Assembly: GCA_016188265.1 (NCBI GenBank)
Contig: JACPID010000007.1
Coordinates: forward strand, 15,555-79,554
DNA: 64,000 nt
Reading direction: 5' to 3'
Source: Candidatus Woesearchaeota archaeon
Lineage (GTDB): Archaea > Nanobdellota > Nanobdellia > Woesearchaeales > ARS49
Shown: piece after piece, positions 1 to 9,140 of the stretch
Layout of the letters: every line of letters starts with the position of its first letter
How positions within the stretch are numbered: the first letter of the stretch is position 1
Made by a program: the position numbers and the translations under genes
The notes under the pieces: generated by a model
What the model was told of the DNA's origin: nothing
Database searches by the model: none
The model's input: the letters and a program-made list of their open reading frames with translations, nothing else

Positions 1-910
1 CAGGTCTTGTTTCTAAAGCAAAACTAAGATCAATACCCCTTTCAATTAACCCATTACAAATATCCGATGTTCTTTTTTTATCTAAAGTAAAAAGAGGGTC
101 CCTAAAAAACACACCTTTAAATCCATATTTTTCATAATCTAAAGCAAGTTCTTCAACAACATTCTCAGCAGATCTAGTGCGCCACTTTAATCCTTGATTT
201 TCAGTATAAGAACAATAATGACAACCATAAGGACACCCTCTTGTTGATAATAATGTTGCAACTGGGGCTTTCAAAATAAGTGGATAATATTTATATTTTG
301 TATATGGAAAGAGTTCCCATTTAGGAAACGGAACCTTATCAAGTTCAAGGGCTTGCAAAAAAGGTGCAGACACATTTGTTACTGTTTTACCATCTTTAAC
401 ATAAGATATTCCTTTTATTTCTTTAAGATCTTTATTTGCGCAAATGTCTAATAAACAATTTTCTACTTCTCCACTAATACAAATATCAATTGGTTGTGTT
501 ATATGCTGAGGCAAATACGGTAATGTATCTCCAACTGTAATTATTTTACAATCAGGAAGCATTAGTTTAATACCTCCTGCTATTACATTTTTCTCAAAAT
601 TAAGACCTGAAGAAGAAACTGGCATAACAACAAAATCAGGACTGAATAAAGAAATCTCTCTAAGAGTCAACTCAACATTTTTTCCTTCATTAATTGCGTC
701 AATAACTTTAACATTGTGTTCTTCACTTGCAATGGTTGCTGCATAAACTAATTGAGTTACAGGAATCCTAATAAAATGGCTTTTGAAATCACTTAAAAGT
801 TTAGCAAAGAAATCTTTACCAAAGTTAATGTGCTGGCCCATCCCCCCCATCTGATCACGATTAATGTAGTTATTATCTAATGCCGGAGGATTCAGAACTA
901 AAATGTTCAT
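1..910 (-). CDS. B12-binding-domain radical SAM protein (class B type), C-terminus cut by window edge
   Basis: Minus-strand ORF not in the supplied track, ATG = rc of 908-910 (MNILVLNPPALDNNY...). A Rossmann-like N-terminal region is followed by STRGCPYGCHYCSY (CxxxCxxC cluster motif, first Cys codon at 233-235, in frame with the ATG). Confidence 0.7.
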   Translation of the reverse strand, partial: MNILVLNPPALDNNYINRDQMGGMGQHINFGKDFFAKLLSDFKSHFIRIPVTQLVYAATIASEEHNVKVIDAINEGKNVELTLREISLFSPDFVVMPVSSSGLNFEKNVIAGGIKLMLPDCKIITVGDTLPYLPQHITQPIDICISGEVENCLLDICANKDLKEIKGISYVKDGKTVTNVSAPFLQALELDKVPFPKWELFPYTKYKYYPLILKAPVATLLSTRGCPYGCHYCSYTENQGLKWRTRSAENVVEELALDYEKYGFKGVFFRDPLFTLDKKRTSDICNGLIERGIDLSFALETRP

Positions 911-1013
911 AGCTTTCTCAAATGCCATGTTATTATTTAAAACTTATTATTTATTTCGTTTTCTAATTCGGTTGAGCATAACTTTTAAATAGTAAAAATC
1001 TTAGTCTTTTTTC

Positions 1014-2852
1014 GTGAAAAAAATAAATTTTACTTTCTTGTTATTCTTAATTTTTTTAGCGTTAAGAATACCTAATATTTTTACTTTATTAACTAACGAA
1101 GAAGCAAATTATTTTGTAACACTTACACAAGATAGCAATATTTATGGATTTCCACACCCTCCAATGGCATTTTGGTCGTTTAAAATATTGGGACAATTAT
1201 TTGGAGATTATTTATTTGTTTATAGGCTTGCTCCATTTATATATTCTGCACTTACATTTTGGCTAGTTTATTACCTAAGTAAACGTTTTTTTAATCAAAG
1301 AACAGCTCTTATTTCTGTTTTAATTTTAACTGTAAGTTTTGGCCAAATGCAATCTTCACACATGCTTGATACTGATAGCATTATTCTTGCATTTTATTCT
1401 TTACTTACTATTTTTGCATTGTACTTTTTTCTTGAAAAAAACTCATTGACATCAAAAATATTTTTAGGGATAAGTCTTGGTACTGCACTACTTACTAAAA
1501 TCAGTGCGATTCTTTTATTCGGTGTAATTGGATTAACTCTTCTATTAAATGTTAATGAAAAATACAAAAAAAGAGTCAGTCCTATAATAAAAGATTGTTT
1601 TATAATCGCTCTTTTTTCCAGCATCACTTTTTCGGTTTTTCCAATACATGATTTTCTTGTATACAATGGAATGAATGTATACTCAACTATATTGCGCATG
1701 TTATCTTCAGCAGCTACGTCTTATGGGGACAGCACACATATTTTTATTTTAAATCGTGTATATAGGCTAGGCCAATTTGTAGTTTATTCATCGCCCCCAT
1801 TACTCATGTTTTCCCTACTCTGGTTTTTAAGATTCCTGAAAATTTTTTACAAGTTTAGAACTGGTTGTGATCGGTTTTCTTTTGAGAAACAAGTGCTCAA
1901 TCCAATATCAGTGCATGTATTGATGCAGGTTGTATTTTTTGGTATTTTTTTCTCCCCACTGCAGGATATTTCCAGATATCTTCTGGCAATTATTCCCATG
2001 TTATGTATTCTTGCAGGAAATTACTTGAGCGAATATATATTTAATAAAAAAAAACTAATAATAACAACATTAATTGCCCTAGTATTTTTTAATATGTTTA
2101 TATTATCTGGATTTGAAATTAAGAAAATGTTTTCATTTAATGAACCTCAAAAATTTATTGGAAGTATTCAAAATTTTGATTATGATTTTTATATTCCAAC
2201 ATGGGGTGCGGCAGGGCCTAAATTTTTGTTTCTCGATTTTAAAGTAATTATGTTCTCAGTAATTGCGACTATTTTGTTATTTTTAATTATTCTAATTATT
2301 AAGGATAGTTTAAGTTATTTTGTATGGATTGCATTGGCTTTACTAATATCATATAATCTTTTTTTTGGATTAGAAAATACTTTTTATTTAACTTCTCCTA
2401 ATATTGATAAAATAAAAGAGAGAGTTATTGACTATGCTATTAAAAATGATTTAAAAGAACCAATTGCATTAAGCCATCCTGAACTCGGAGTATATTTATA
2501 TGAAAAGTATAATGAAACATTCCCGTATGTTAAAGATAGTTTGCTAAAAACAAAAAACAGGGAACATTTAAAAAATGCTTTTTTAATAAAAAAGAATGCT
2601 GAGTTTTTTGATGAGTTAATACGCATATTTAAGCATATACATCTAATAAGATTTGATACTAACTGGAAAACAAAAGAAAACATTGAATTTGTTAGAAATA
2701 ATATTATTAATACACATAGCACAATCATCTATATAGACATCCCTTATGGAGATAAAAATGGAGATCTTTGGAAATTAATAATTCAAAATTGCAAAGTAAT
2801 AAAAGAATTCCAAGACAAAAAGTATAAGATGGCATATATCTTTGAGTGTTAA
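1014..2852 (+). CDS. Polytopic membrane glycosyltransferase, GT-C fold (PMT/ArnT GT39/83-like)
   Basis: 612-aa ORF with a GTG start. Many TM helices are followed by a soluble C-terminal domain, and the N-terminal loop region resembles polyprenyl-phosphate-sugar dependent GT-C enzymes. Overlaps the next gene by 11 nt. Confidence 0.55.
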   Translation: MKKINFTFLLFLIFLALRIPNIFTLLTNEEANYFVTLTQDSNIYGFPHPPMAFWSFKILGQLFGDYLFVYRLAPFIYSALTFWLVYYLSKRFFNQRTALISVLILTVSFGQMQSSHMLDTDSIILAFYSLLTIFALYFFLEKNSLTSKIFLGISLGTALLTKISAILLFGVIGLTLLLNVNEKYKKRVSPIIKDCFIIALFSSITFSVFPIHDFLVYNGMNVYSTILRMLSSAATSYGDSTHIFILNRVYRLGQFVVYSSPPLLMFSLLWFLRFLKIFYKFRTGCDRFSFEKQVLNPISVHVLMQVVFFGIFFSPLQDISRYLLAIIPMLCILAGNYLSEYIFNKKKLIITTLIALVFFNMFILSGFEIKKMFSFNEPQKFIGSIQNFDYDFYIPTWGAAGPKFLFLDFKVIMFSVIATILLFLIILIIKDSLSYFVWIALALLISYNLFFGLENTFYLTSPNIDKIKERVIDYAIKNDLKEPIALSHPELGVYLYEKYNETFPYVKDSLLKTKNREHLKNAFLIKKNAEFFDELIRIFKHIHLIRFDTNWKTKENIEFVRNNIINTHSTIIYIDIPYGDKNGDLWKLIIQNCKVIKEFQDKKYKMAYIFEC

Positions 2853-3606
2853 TATGAGTGATGATGTAACTGGCAGGGCTGAACTAGCATTAAATTGGAT
2901 TCCGAATATGTGCGGAAATTTATTAGATTGTGGTTGTTCTACGGGTAAATATGTGGCTTCTTTTGCTAAAAAAGTTGAAAGCGCATATGGTATTGATCCA
3001 AATGAAGAATTTATAAAAAAAGCAAGAACGAAGTATAACAACATATGTTTTAAAGTTGCATACTTAGAAAATTTACCTTTTAAAAGCGATTTTTTTAACA
3101 CTATCACTGCATTAGAAGTAATTGAACATGTTCAAGATGATAAAAAAGCAGTTGATGAAATATACAGAGTTCTTAAAAAAGGAGGTACTTTGATCTTAAC
3201 TACACCTAATAAAGGATTGTTTAGCTTTTTAGATCAAGACAATTATGTTCATCTTACGGTAAAATATGCTCCTTTCTTGTATAAAGTAGCTTATTTTATT
3301 AAAAAAAGAAAGTGGCTGAAAGAGTTGAAACTAAATCCAGGATATGAAAATAAGCATCGCCATTATAGTCTTAAAGATTTAAAAAAATTATTAGACAATA
3401 AATTTGAAATAAAACAGGTGTTTAGATCTGGATTAATACTAGCCCCATTATCAGCCAATCTCAAACTATTTATTACAACGTTATTTGGAGATAAAGTTTA
3501 TTCAAAGTACTTGGAGAAATATGTTAATTATATAATATCAAAAGAATACTGTTTATACTTTGGAAGTTTGTCTTATTATATTGCAATTAAAGCTATTAAG
3601 TTTTAA
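2842..3606 (+). CDS. Class I SAM-dependent methyltransferase
   Basis: Motif I LLDCGCSTGKY, then ALEVIEHV and GGTLILTTPN. The C-terminal HRHYSLKDLKKLL block is shared with the 11244-11954 paralog. Confidence 0.8.
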   Translation: MSVNMSDDVTGRAELALNWIPNMCGNLLDCGCSTGKYVASFAKKVESAYGIDPNEEFIKKARTKYNNICFKVAYLENLPFKSDFFNTITALEVIEHVQDDKKAVDEIYRVLKKGGTLILTTPNKGLFSFLDQDNYVHLTVKYAPFLYKVAYFIKKRKWLKELKLNPGYENKHRHYSLKDLKKLLDNKFEIKQVFRSGLILAPLSANLKLFITTLFGDKVYSKYLEKYVNYIISKEYCLYFGSLSYYIAIKAIKF

Positions 3607-3611
3607 TATGT

Positions 3612-3735
3612 CAAAAACTACTTTAACGTACACTATTGACTTTAGTTTGTAGAAAGGAGGGGTAGTTTTTGATCATGATCAAGAACTATGGACAATAATA
3701 ATACATGCTATAGGCTTAAGTCCATAGTTCTTGAC
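3612..3735. repeat. Hairpin-rich intergenic element, divergent member of the repeat family at 38941/41091/47821
   Basis: CAAAAACTAC (3612-3621) pairs with GTAGTTTTTG (3662-3671). TCAAGAACTATGGAC (3679-3693) pairs with GTCCATAGTTCTTGA (3720-3734). Shares TTTGATCATG and the GTTCTTGACA terminus with the other copies. Confidence 0.5.
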
Positions 3736-3782
3736 ACTTAGTAAATATTCACAGAGTTTAAAAAGTAATTAAACAAAATACT

Positions 3783-5066
3783 ATGAGGTTTATTGCTATG
3801 ATTATTACCCTGCATTATCACATAATAATTAGAGATAAATTAACTAGTTTTCTTAAAAATCATGAAGAACTTATAGGCCTTGATTTACTTTATTTTATTA
3901 AAAATGGTTTTTATTTACTCGTTACACATTTTTCTATAATGTCTCTTGGTTTTATTGTTTTTTTATTTATGGCACGAATTTGGGACAAAGTTACATTTGG
4001 TAAATGGCAACTTGTTTTTTCTGTTGTTAATACTCTTTTATTCTTTTCACTTACAGGAATGAATAATTCAATTGCTAGATCAATTGTTTTAAATAAAGAA
4101 CGAAGTTTTATTGATTGTGTTAGAACAAGACTTAAATGGAGCTTGTTGGGTTCAGCAGGATTATTGCTAACTGCGGGATATTTTTACTTCAAAGGAGATT
4201 ATTTGTTAGCATATTCATTTCTTTCATTATGTTTTATCTTTCCTTTTTATTCATCTTTTGATTCAGTATTCTTTTTTTATGAAGCTAAAAAGAAATTCTT
4301 TCAAAGTAGTATTTTAAGAATATCTCTTAAAACAATAATTGCTTTGATCTTATTATTGTTACTTTTTTTCTATAATAGTTTTATTTTAATAACTGTTGTC
4401 AATTTTTTAATTCCAGCACTCTTTTGTTTAATTGTTTATTCTCAAATAAAATCTCAATTAAATAAAGAAAAAGATGAAAATTCTGTTAATTTTGGTAAAA
4501 AATTAAGTTTTATCAATGTTGTTTCTACGATAACCGCTTATGCTGATAAAATAATTTTAGCATTTTTTCTTGGAGTTGAACAATTAGCAATATACTCAAT
4601 TGCTTTAACATTTCCAGATCTATTTAATGGATTTATCAAGCAATTACATTCATTAGTATTTCCAAAATTAACTAAAATAACTAAAAAAGAATTATTATCA
4701 AAAATTTTTGAAAAATGGTACATAACGTTATTAGTTCCTTTATTAATCACTTTTTTTTCAATATTTTTATCATATTTAATACCTCTAATTTATGGAAGTA
4801 AGTATATAGATTCAATTAATTTGTCGATCTTAATGTCAGCATCATTGATCGTATTATTCATAAATCCCGTGGTGACTAATTTTTTGATAATAAACAAACT
4901 ATCTCAAATAATTTTTAAAACTCAACTCATTTCATCTTTGATTAGACTGGCATTGCTACTTTTCTTCTCAAAAACATTAGGCGTTTTCGGAGTTGCACTA
5001 GTTTATACAATTCACAACTCAGTCATAACTTTATTAAATATCTTGTTTATATCAAAAATGAGATGA
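3783..5066 (+). CDS. Oligo/polysaccharide flippase (MOP/Wzx-like)
   Basis: 427-aa multi-pass membrane protein with the typical Wzx size and hydrophobic pattern, in glycan-cluster context. ATGA overlap with the next gene. Confidence 0.55.
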   Translation: MRFIAMIITLHYHIIIRDKLTSFLKNHEELIGLDLLYFIKNGFYLLVTHFSIMSLGFIVFLFMARIWDKVTFGKWQLVFSVVNTLLFFSLTGMNNSIARSIVLNKERSFIDCVRTRLKWSLLGSAGLLLTAGYFYFKGDYLLAYSFLSLCFIFPFYSSFDSVFFFYEAKKKFFQSSILRISLKTIIALILLLLLFFYNSFILITVVNFLIPALFCLIVYSQIKSQLNKEKDENSVNFGKKLSFINVVSTITAYADKIILAFFLGVEQLAIYSIALTFPDLFNGFIKQLHSLVFPKLTKITKKELLSKIFEKWYITLLVPLLITFFSIFLSYLIPLIYGSKYIDSINLSILMSASLIVLFINPVVTNFLIINKLSQIIFKTQLISSLIRLALLLFFSKTLGVFGVALVYTIHNSVITLLNILFISKMR

Positions 5067-6181
5067 AAATACTAGGGGTTTGCTATACTGCCAATATATC
5101 TAGACTAGATGTACTTCCTGTAGAAATGGATATTTTCTGTATAAAGAAAAAACTAGATGGTATCCCATTATACAAACACTATTCAAAGACAAAATTCTTT
5201 CATACTTTTAAAAATATTAAATTAAATGTTTTTACAAAATTATTGCACGGATTGAATGTAACTTTTAATATGTTAAAGCTAGTAAAACAGTATGATTATT
5301 TTATATTTGTAACACCGCCTTATTTTCATTTTTTATCTAACTTGATAATAACTTTTCTTGGAAAAAGATCAATAGCACTAGTTGCTGATGCATATTATCA
5401 TATAACAAAAGACAAATCATTTGACACTTATTGGTTATACGCCTTAAGAAAAGTATTCTCCCCATTATATTTATTACAGGAATATGTTGCAGTAAAATAT
5501 TCTTCAGCAGTTTTTACAAATTCTTTTTTTGTATATAATACTCACAAACGCTGGAATGCAAATACGTATTATACTCCGAATGGGGCGGATGTTAAAACAA
5601 TTAATAAAACAAAATCAAAAAAGTATGTTGACACCGATTATATAATTTATATAGGTTCATTTTCACCGTTCAGAGGACTTGATATTTTAATTGAGGCATT
5701 TAAAATACTCAAGACGTATTATAAAAAACCATTAAAATTAGTTATAATTGGAAAATATGAGCCATATAAAAATTCATTAAAAAAGTTAATTAGCGAAGAA
5801 AAAGATATTATGCTTGAAAGTTATGTTAAAATACCTGAATTGTACTCTTATGTTAAATCAGCAAAGATTGGAATAATACCAAATCATGATACTATTACTT
5901 CTAGAACCATATCTTCAAATAAAGGATTTATTTATATTGGCGCTGAAGTTCCACAAATAGTAACTGATTCTGGAGATCATAGTTATTGGACTAAAAAATT
6001 AAAAACAGGATTAGTTGTTTCTCCAAATCCAGAAGATATGGCAAAAGCAATGTTTAGTTTATTAATAAATACTCAATTATATAATAATTTACGTAAAAAT
6101 TGTAAGCTAAATAAACATCTCGTAGATTATCTAGAAGTTAAAAAACCTTTGATAAACTATCTTAAAAAAATAACAAAATGA
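5063..6181 (+). CDS. Glycosyltransferase, GT-B fold (GT4-like)
   Basis: 372 aa. The C-terminal half has YIGSFSPFRGLDILIEAFK...LVIIGK, typical of GT1/GT4 retaining transferases. Translationally coupled on both sides. Confidence 0.6.
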   Translation: MKILGVCYTANISRLDVLPVEMDIFCIKKKLDGIPLYKHYSKTKFFHTFKNIKLNVFTKLLHGLNVTFNMLKLVKQYDYFIFVTPPYFHFLSNLIITFLGKRSIALVADAYYHITKDKSFDTYWLYALRKVFSPLYLLQEYVAVKYSSAVFTNSFFVYNTHKRWNANTYYTPNGADVKTINKTKSKKYVDTDYIIYIGSFSPFRGLDILIEAFKILKTYYKKPLKLVIIGKYEPYKNSLKKLISEEKDIMLESYVKIPELYSYVKSAKIGIIPNHDTITSRTISSNKGFIYIGAEVPQIVTDSGDHSYWTKKLKTGLVVSPNPEDMAKAMFSLLINTQLYNNLRKNCKLNKHLVDYLEVKKPLINYLKKITK

Positions 6182-7809
6182 ACATAAAAAAAACAGTTTT
6201 ATTAGAGATATCAATTATTTTTTTAGTGCTAATTCTACTTTTTAACACATTCGGAAATTTATGGGATAAAAGAATAAAGCATGAATTTCCTTACGGATAT
6301 CTTGCAACAGATACATACCAACACCAAACAAGAGCTCAATGGATAAAGGAAGCAGGAAATTACCGGTATGAAGGAGAGCATTACTCTGGAAATTATACAG
6401 ATGTTATTGGTTTTTATCCACCAATTATTCATCATGTATCAATAATATTATCTAATGCAACAAATCTAGAAGTTTATGATACTATATACTTCTTTGTTAT
6501 ACTTTCCATGTTATTTGGAGTTTTATTAATATATTTTATAGCACGGGAATTTAATGTTTATCTTGCAATTTTATCAATACCTTTAGTATTATTTATATTT
6601 GTTATAAAAGGTTCTTGGGTTGGGTTTTTATGGGGACATTGGCCTGCAGTACTTGGAGATTTTTTTCTACTTAGTTTTTGTTTCATGCTAAGTAAAATAA
6701 AAATAAAAAAGTCATACATTCCGCTTGCAATAACATTATCCGGAACTGCATTAAGTCATACCGCTTCAACAATATTTGCAGGGTTTATACTTATTTTTTA
6801 TTGCGCAATGAAATTCTGGAAAAAAGAGCTTAATAAAGAAACAATAATTACACTAGTTAAAAGTATTATTTTATTTTTAATAATAAGCGGTTATTTCCTT
6901 TTCCTATTTCAAGGAACATGGATGCATGCCCAACCATATAAATTTCGCATAACTACTCAATTTGACATGGGTGGTGGTTTTGTCAGATTAATTGATTTTC
7001 AAGCAGTTTATTACATAATTTTGCCAGGACTAGCAATCTCAACTTTTTTTATTAAAAAAAATAACAATTTTCCTTTTTTTATCACATTATCTTTTTTTAT
7101 CTTAGGTTTAACTAATTATATTGGTTTTGGATCTAGGGCTTTTAATCTCCGCTTTTACTGGCCTATTTCACTAGCAATATCTCTGGGCATTGTTGGCTAT
7201 CTTGTATTGAATTTATTTCCTAAAAAAATCAGATTTTTATTTGCTATTATACTATCACTATCTTCAATATTTTTTATTTACAATAATTACTATTCTACAT
7301 TTGGTGATGGCAGAGCATTTATGAGTCAAGAATTGTGGGATATGTATGATTGGATAAAAAATAATCTTCCTGAAAATGCTAATATATTTTATTTTTATGG
7401 AGATTCATATGATCAATTCGCCCACGTAGGTAATACAAATCGTCTTGCTACAAGAATTGAGTTTAAAGATTATTTTAATATGATAGCATCAAATAGAACT
7501 ATAGCAAGAAATGTTAAAGCGTGGTTGTTTAATGAACATGGAGCAGGTTTACCTTATAAAAAAAGTTTATTGCAATTTGGTTATCGTGATGAAGAAGATA
7601 AAAGAACACAAGGCCCATTAGATTATGACTTGTGTGAATTTAAGTATTTCGTAATAGATAAACTATCTAGAATCCCTGAGGCTATGGCTATTAATCAAAT
7701 TACATTAAATAAAATTATCAATACTAAAAATTTTGAGAAAATTTATGAGAATAAACTATCTGTAATACTAAAAAATAATAAACAAGGTGGTGAGTGTATT
7801 GAAGTTTGA
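6178..7809 (+). CDS. Polytopic membrane protein, GT-C-like paralog (module B large subunit)
   Basis: 543 aa: about 12 TM helices plus a soluble C-terminal domain carrying DWIKNNLPENANIFYFYGD. That block is shared with the 9137 and 13319 paralogs. Confidence 0.5.
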   Translation: MNIKKTVLLEISIIFLVLILLFNTFGNLWDKRIKHEFPYGYLATDTYQHQTRAQWIKEAGNYRYEGEHYSGNYTDVIGFYPPIIHHVSIILSNATNLEVYDTIYFFVILSMLFGVLLIYFIAREFNVYLAILSIPLVLFIFVIKGSWVGFLWGHWPAVLGDFFLLSFCFMLSKIKIKKSYIPLAITLSGTALSHTASTIFAGFILIFYCAMKFWKKELNKETIITLVKSIILFLIISGYFLFLFQGTWMHAQPYKFRITTQFDMGGGFVRLIDFQAVYYIILPGLAISTFFIKKNNNFPFFITLSFFILGLTNYIGFGSRAFNLRFYWPISLAISLGIVGYLVLNLFPKKIRFLFAIILSLSSIFFIYNNYYSTFGDGRAFMSQELWDMYDWIKNNLPENANIFYFYGDSYDQFAHVGNTNRLATRIEFKDYFNMIASNRTIARNVKAWLFNEHGAGLPYKKSLLQFGYRDEEDKRTQGPLDYDLCEFKYFVIDKLSRIPEAMAINQITLNKIINTKNFEKIYENKLSVILKNNKQGGECIEV

Positions 7810-8164
7810 TATTGAGTTTATAACAAAAGAAATTAAAATGCTTGTGTTATCCATATTATTAGTTTTTACTTTGCTAAAGCTTGCATTCTCAAGTGAAGAT
7901 TCATTTGTATTAATAAAATTAATCACATCACTAGTGATAGTATTTTTTCTACCATATTATTTAATATCTATCTATTGGAGAGATGAGTTAAACTTTGCAA
8001 TACGTGCAGTAATAAGTTTAGTAATCGGGTTTATAGTAAACGGCATACTAGGATATTATCTAGGATTGTTAGGACTATCAGTTAATTATAACTATGTTAT
8101 AATCGCAATAATTTTCTACATGATTGGAGGATATATTTCATACAAATACTTGCAAAATGAATAA
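7787..8164 (+). CDS. Small membrane protein (DUF1616-N-terminal-like), paralog of 10876-11250
   Basis: 125 aa, 3-4 TM helices. The ITKE N-terminal motif and the LPYY/TPGY...ER/IR pattern are shared with the 124-aa paralog, which supports the upstream GTG start. Confidence 0.55.
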   Translation: MVSVLKFDIEFITKEIKMLVLSILLVFTLLKLAFSSEDSFVLIKLITSLVIVFFLPYYLISIYWRDELNFAIRAVISLVIGFIVNGILGYYLGLLGLSVNYNYVIIAIIFYMIGGYISYKYLQNE

Positions 8165-9140
8165 AAAAATGCTTAACTATTTAGTTTGTATTTATTGTAA
8201 AAAAAAATTAAAACTCACAATTATTAAGTCAAATGGCTCTGAAATAATAACTGGAAAACTTAATTGTTATTGCGGGAGAGAATATTCAATACTAGAAGGA
8301 ATTCCCAGGATATTACCTGAATATATTGATAATGTTAAATTAAAAACAACTAAAGCTTTTGCATATGAATGGAAAAATTTTTCAAAATTTTATTCAGAAT
8401 ATGAACATCAATTTTTAGATTGGATATTTCCTGTTAAAAAAGAATTTTTTAAAAATAAATTAGTTTTAGATGCTGGTTGTGGCACTGGCAGACATTCATT
8501 TCTTTCTTCTAAGTATGGTGCAGAAGTTATTGCAGTTGATTTAGGTGATTCTGTGGAAGTGGCATACAAGAACACTAAAGATATAAAAACAGTGAATGTT
8601 ATCCGAGCAGATATATACAATCTTCCTTTTAAAAATAATACTTTTGATTATATTTATTCTATAGGTGTTTTACACCACTTACCTAATCCAAAAGAAGGAT
8701 TTAAAGAACTTGTTAAAAAACTAAAAAAAAATGGAGCAATATCTGCATGGGTTTATGGTGCAGAAAATAATTTAACCTTAAAAATAATAAACCCTTTTAG
8801 AAAGTATTTATTTTCAAGATTTCCTCTTGCTATAAATAAAATAATTGCATGTTCTATCTTGATTTTTATACTTCCATTTATTAAACTTTACAGCATAATA
8901 GATAAAACAGAGCTGAAAAGCCAATTCATAAAAATATTTCCACAGTATCATCTTTTTGTTTATTTTTCAAAGCTAAATCTTACTATAGTTCATTCAATAA
9001 TTTTTGACCAACTTTTAGCTCCGATAGCGTTTTATTTCAAAAAAAATGAATTTGAGAAATGGTTTAAAGATGCAAATCTCAGAAATATTAAAATAACTCA
9101 TAGAAATAAAAATAGTTGGAGGGGTTTTGGAATTAAATGA
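8157..9140 (+). CDS. SAM-dependent methyltransferase with N-terminal Trm112-like zinc ribbon
   Basis: CIYCKKKL...CYCGREYSILEGIPRILP (CxxC...CxC ribbon), then LDAGCGTGRHS motif I and GVLHHLPNP. The track start 8124 is TTG; the in-frame ATG at 8157 overlaps the upstream stop. Confidence 0.8.
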   Translation: MNKKMLNYLVCIYCKKKLKLTIIKSNGSEIITGKLNCYCGREYSILEGIPRILPEYIDNVKLKTTKAFAYEWKNFSKFYSEYEHQFLDWIFPVKKEFFKNKLVLDAGCGTGRHSFLSSKYGAEVIAVDLGDSVEVAYKNTKDIKTVNVIRADIYNLPFKNNTFDYIYSIGVLHHLPNPKEGFKELVKKLKKNGAISAWVYGAENNLTLKIINPFRKYLFSRFPLAINKIIACSILIFILPFIKLYSIIDKTELKSQFIKIFPQYHLFVYFSKLNLTIVHSIIFDQLLAPIAFYFKKNEFEKWFKDANLRNIKITHRNKNSWRGFGIK

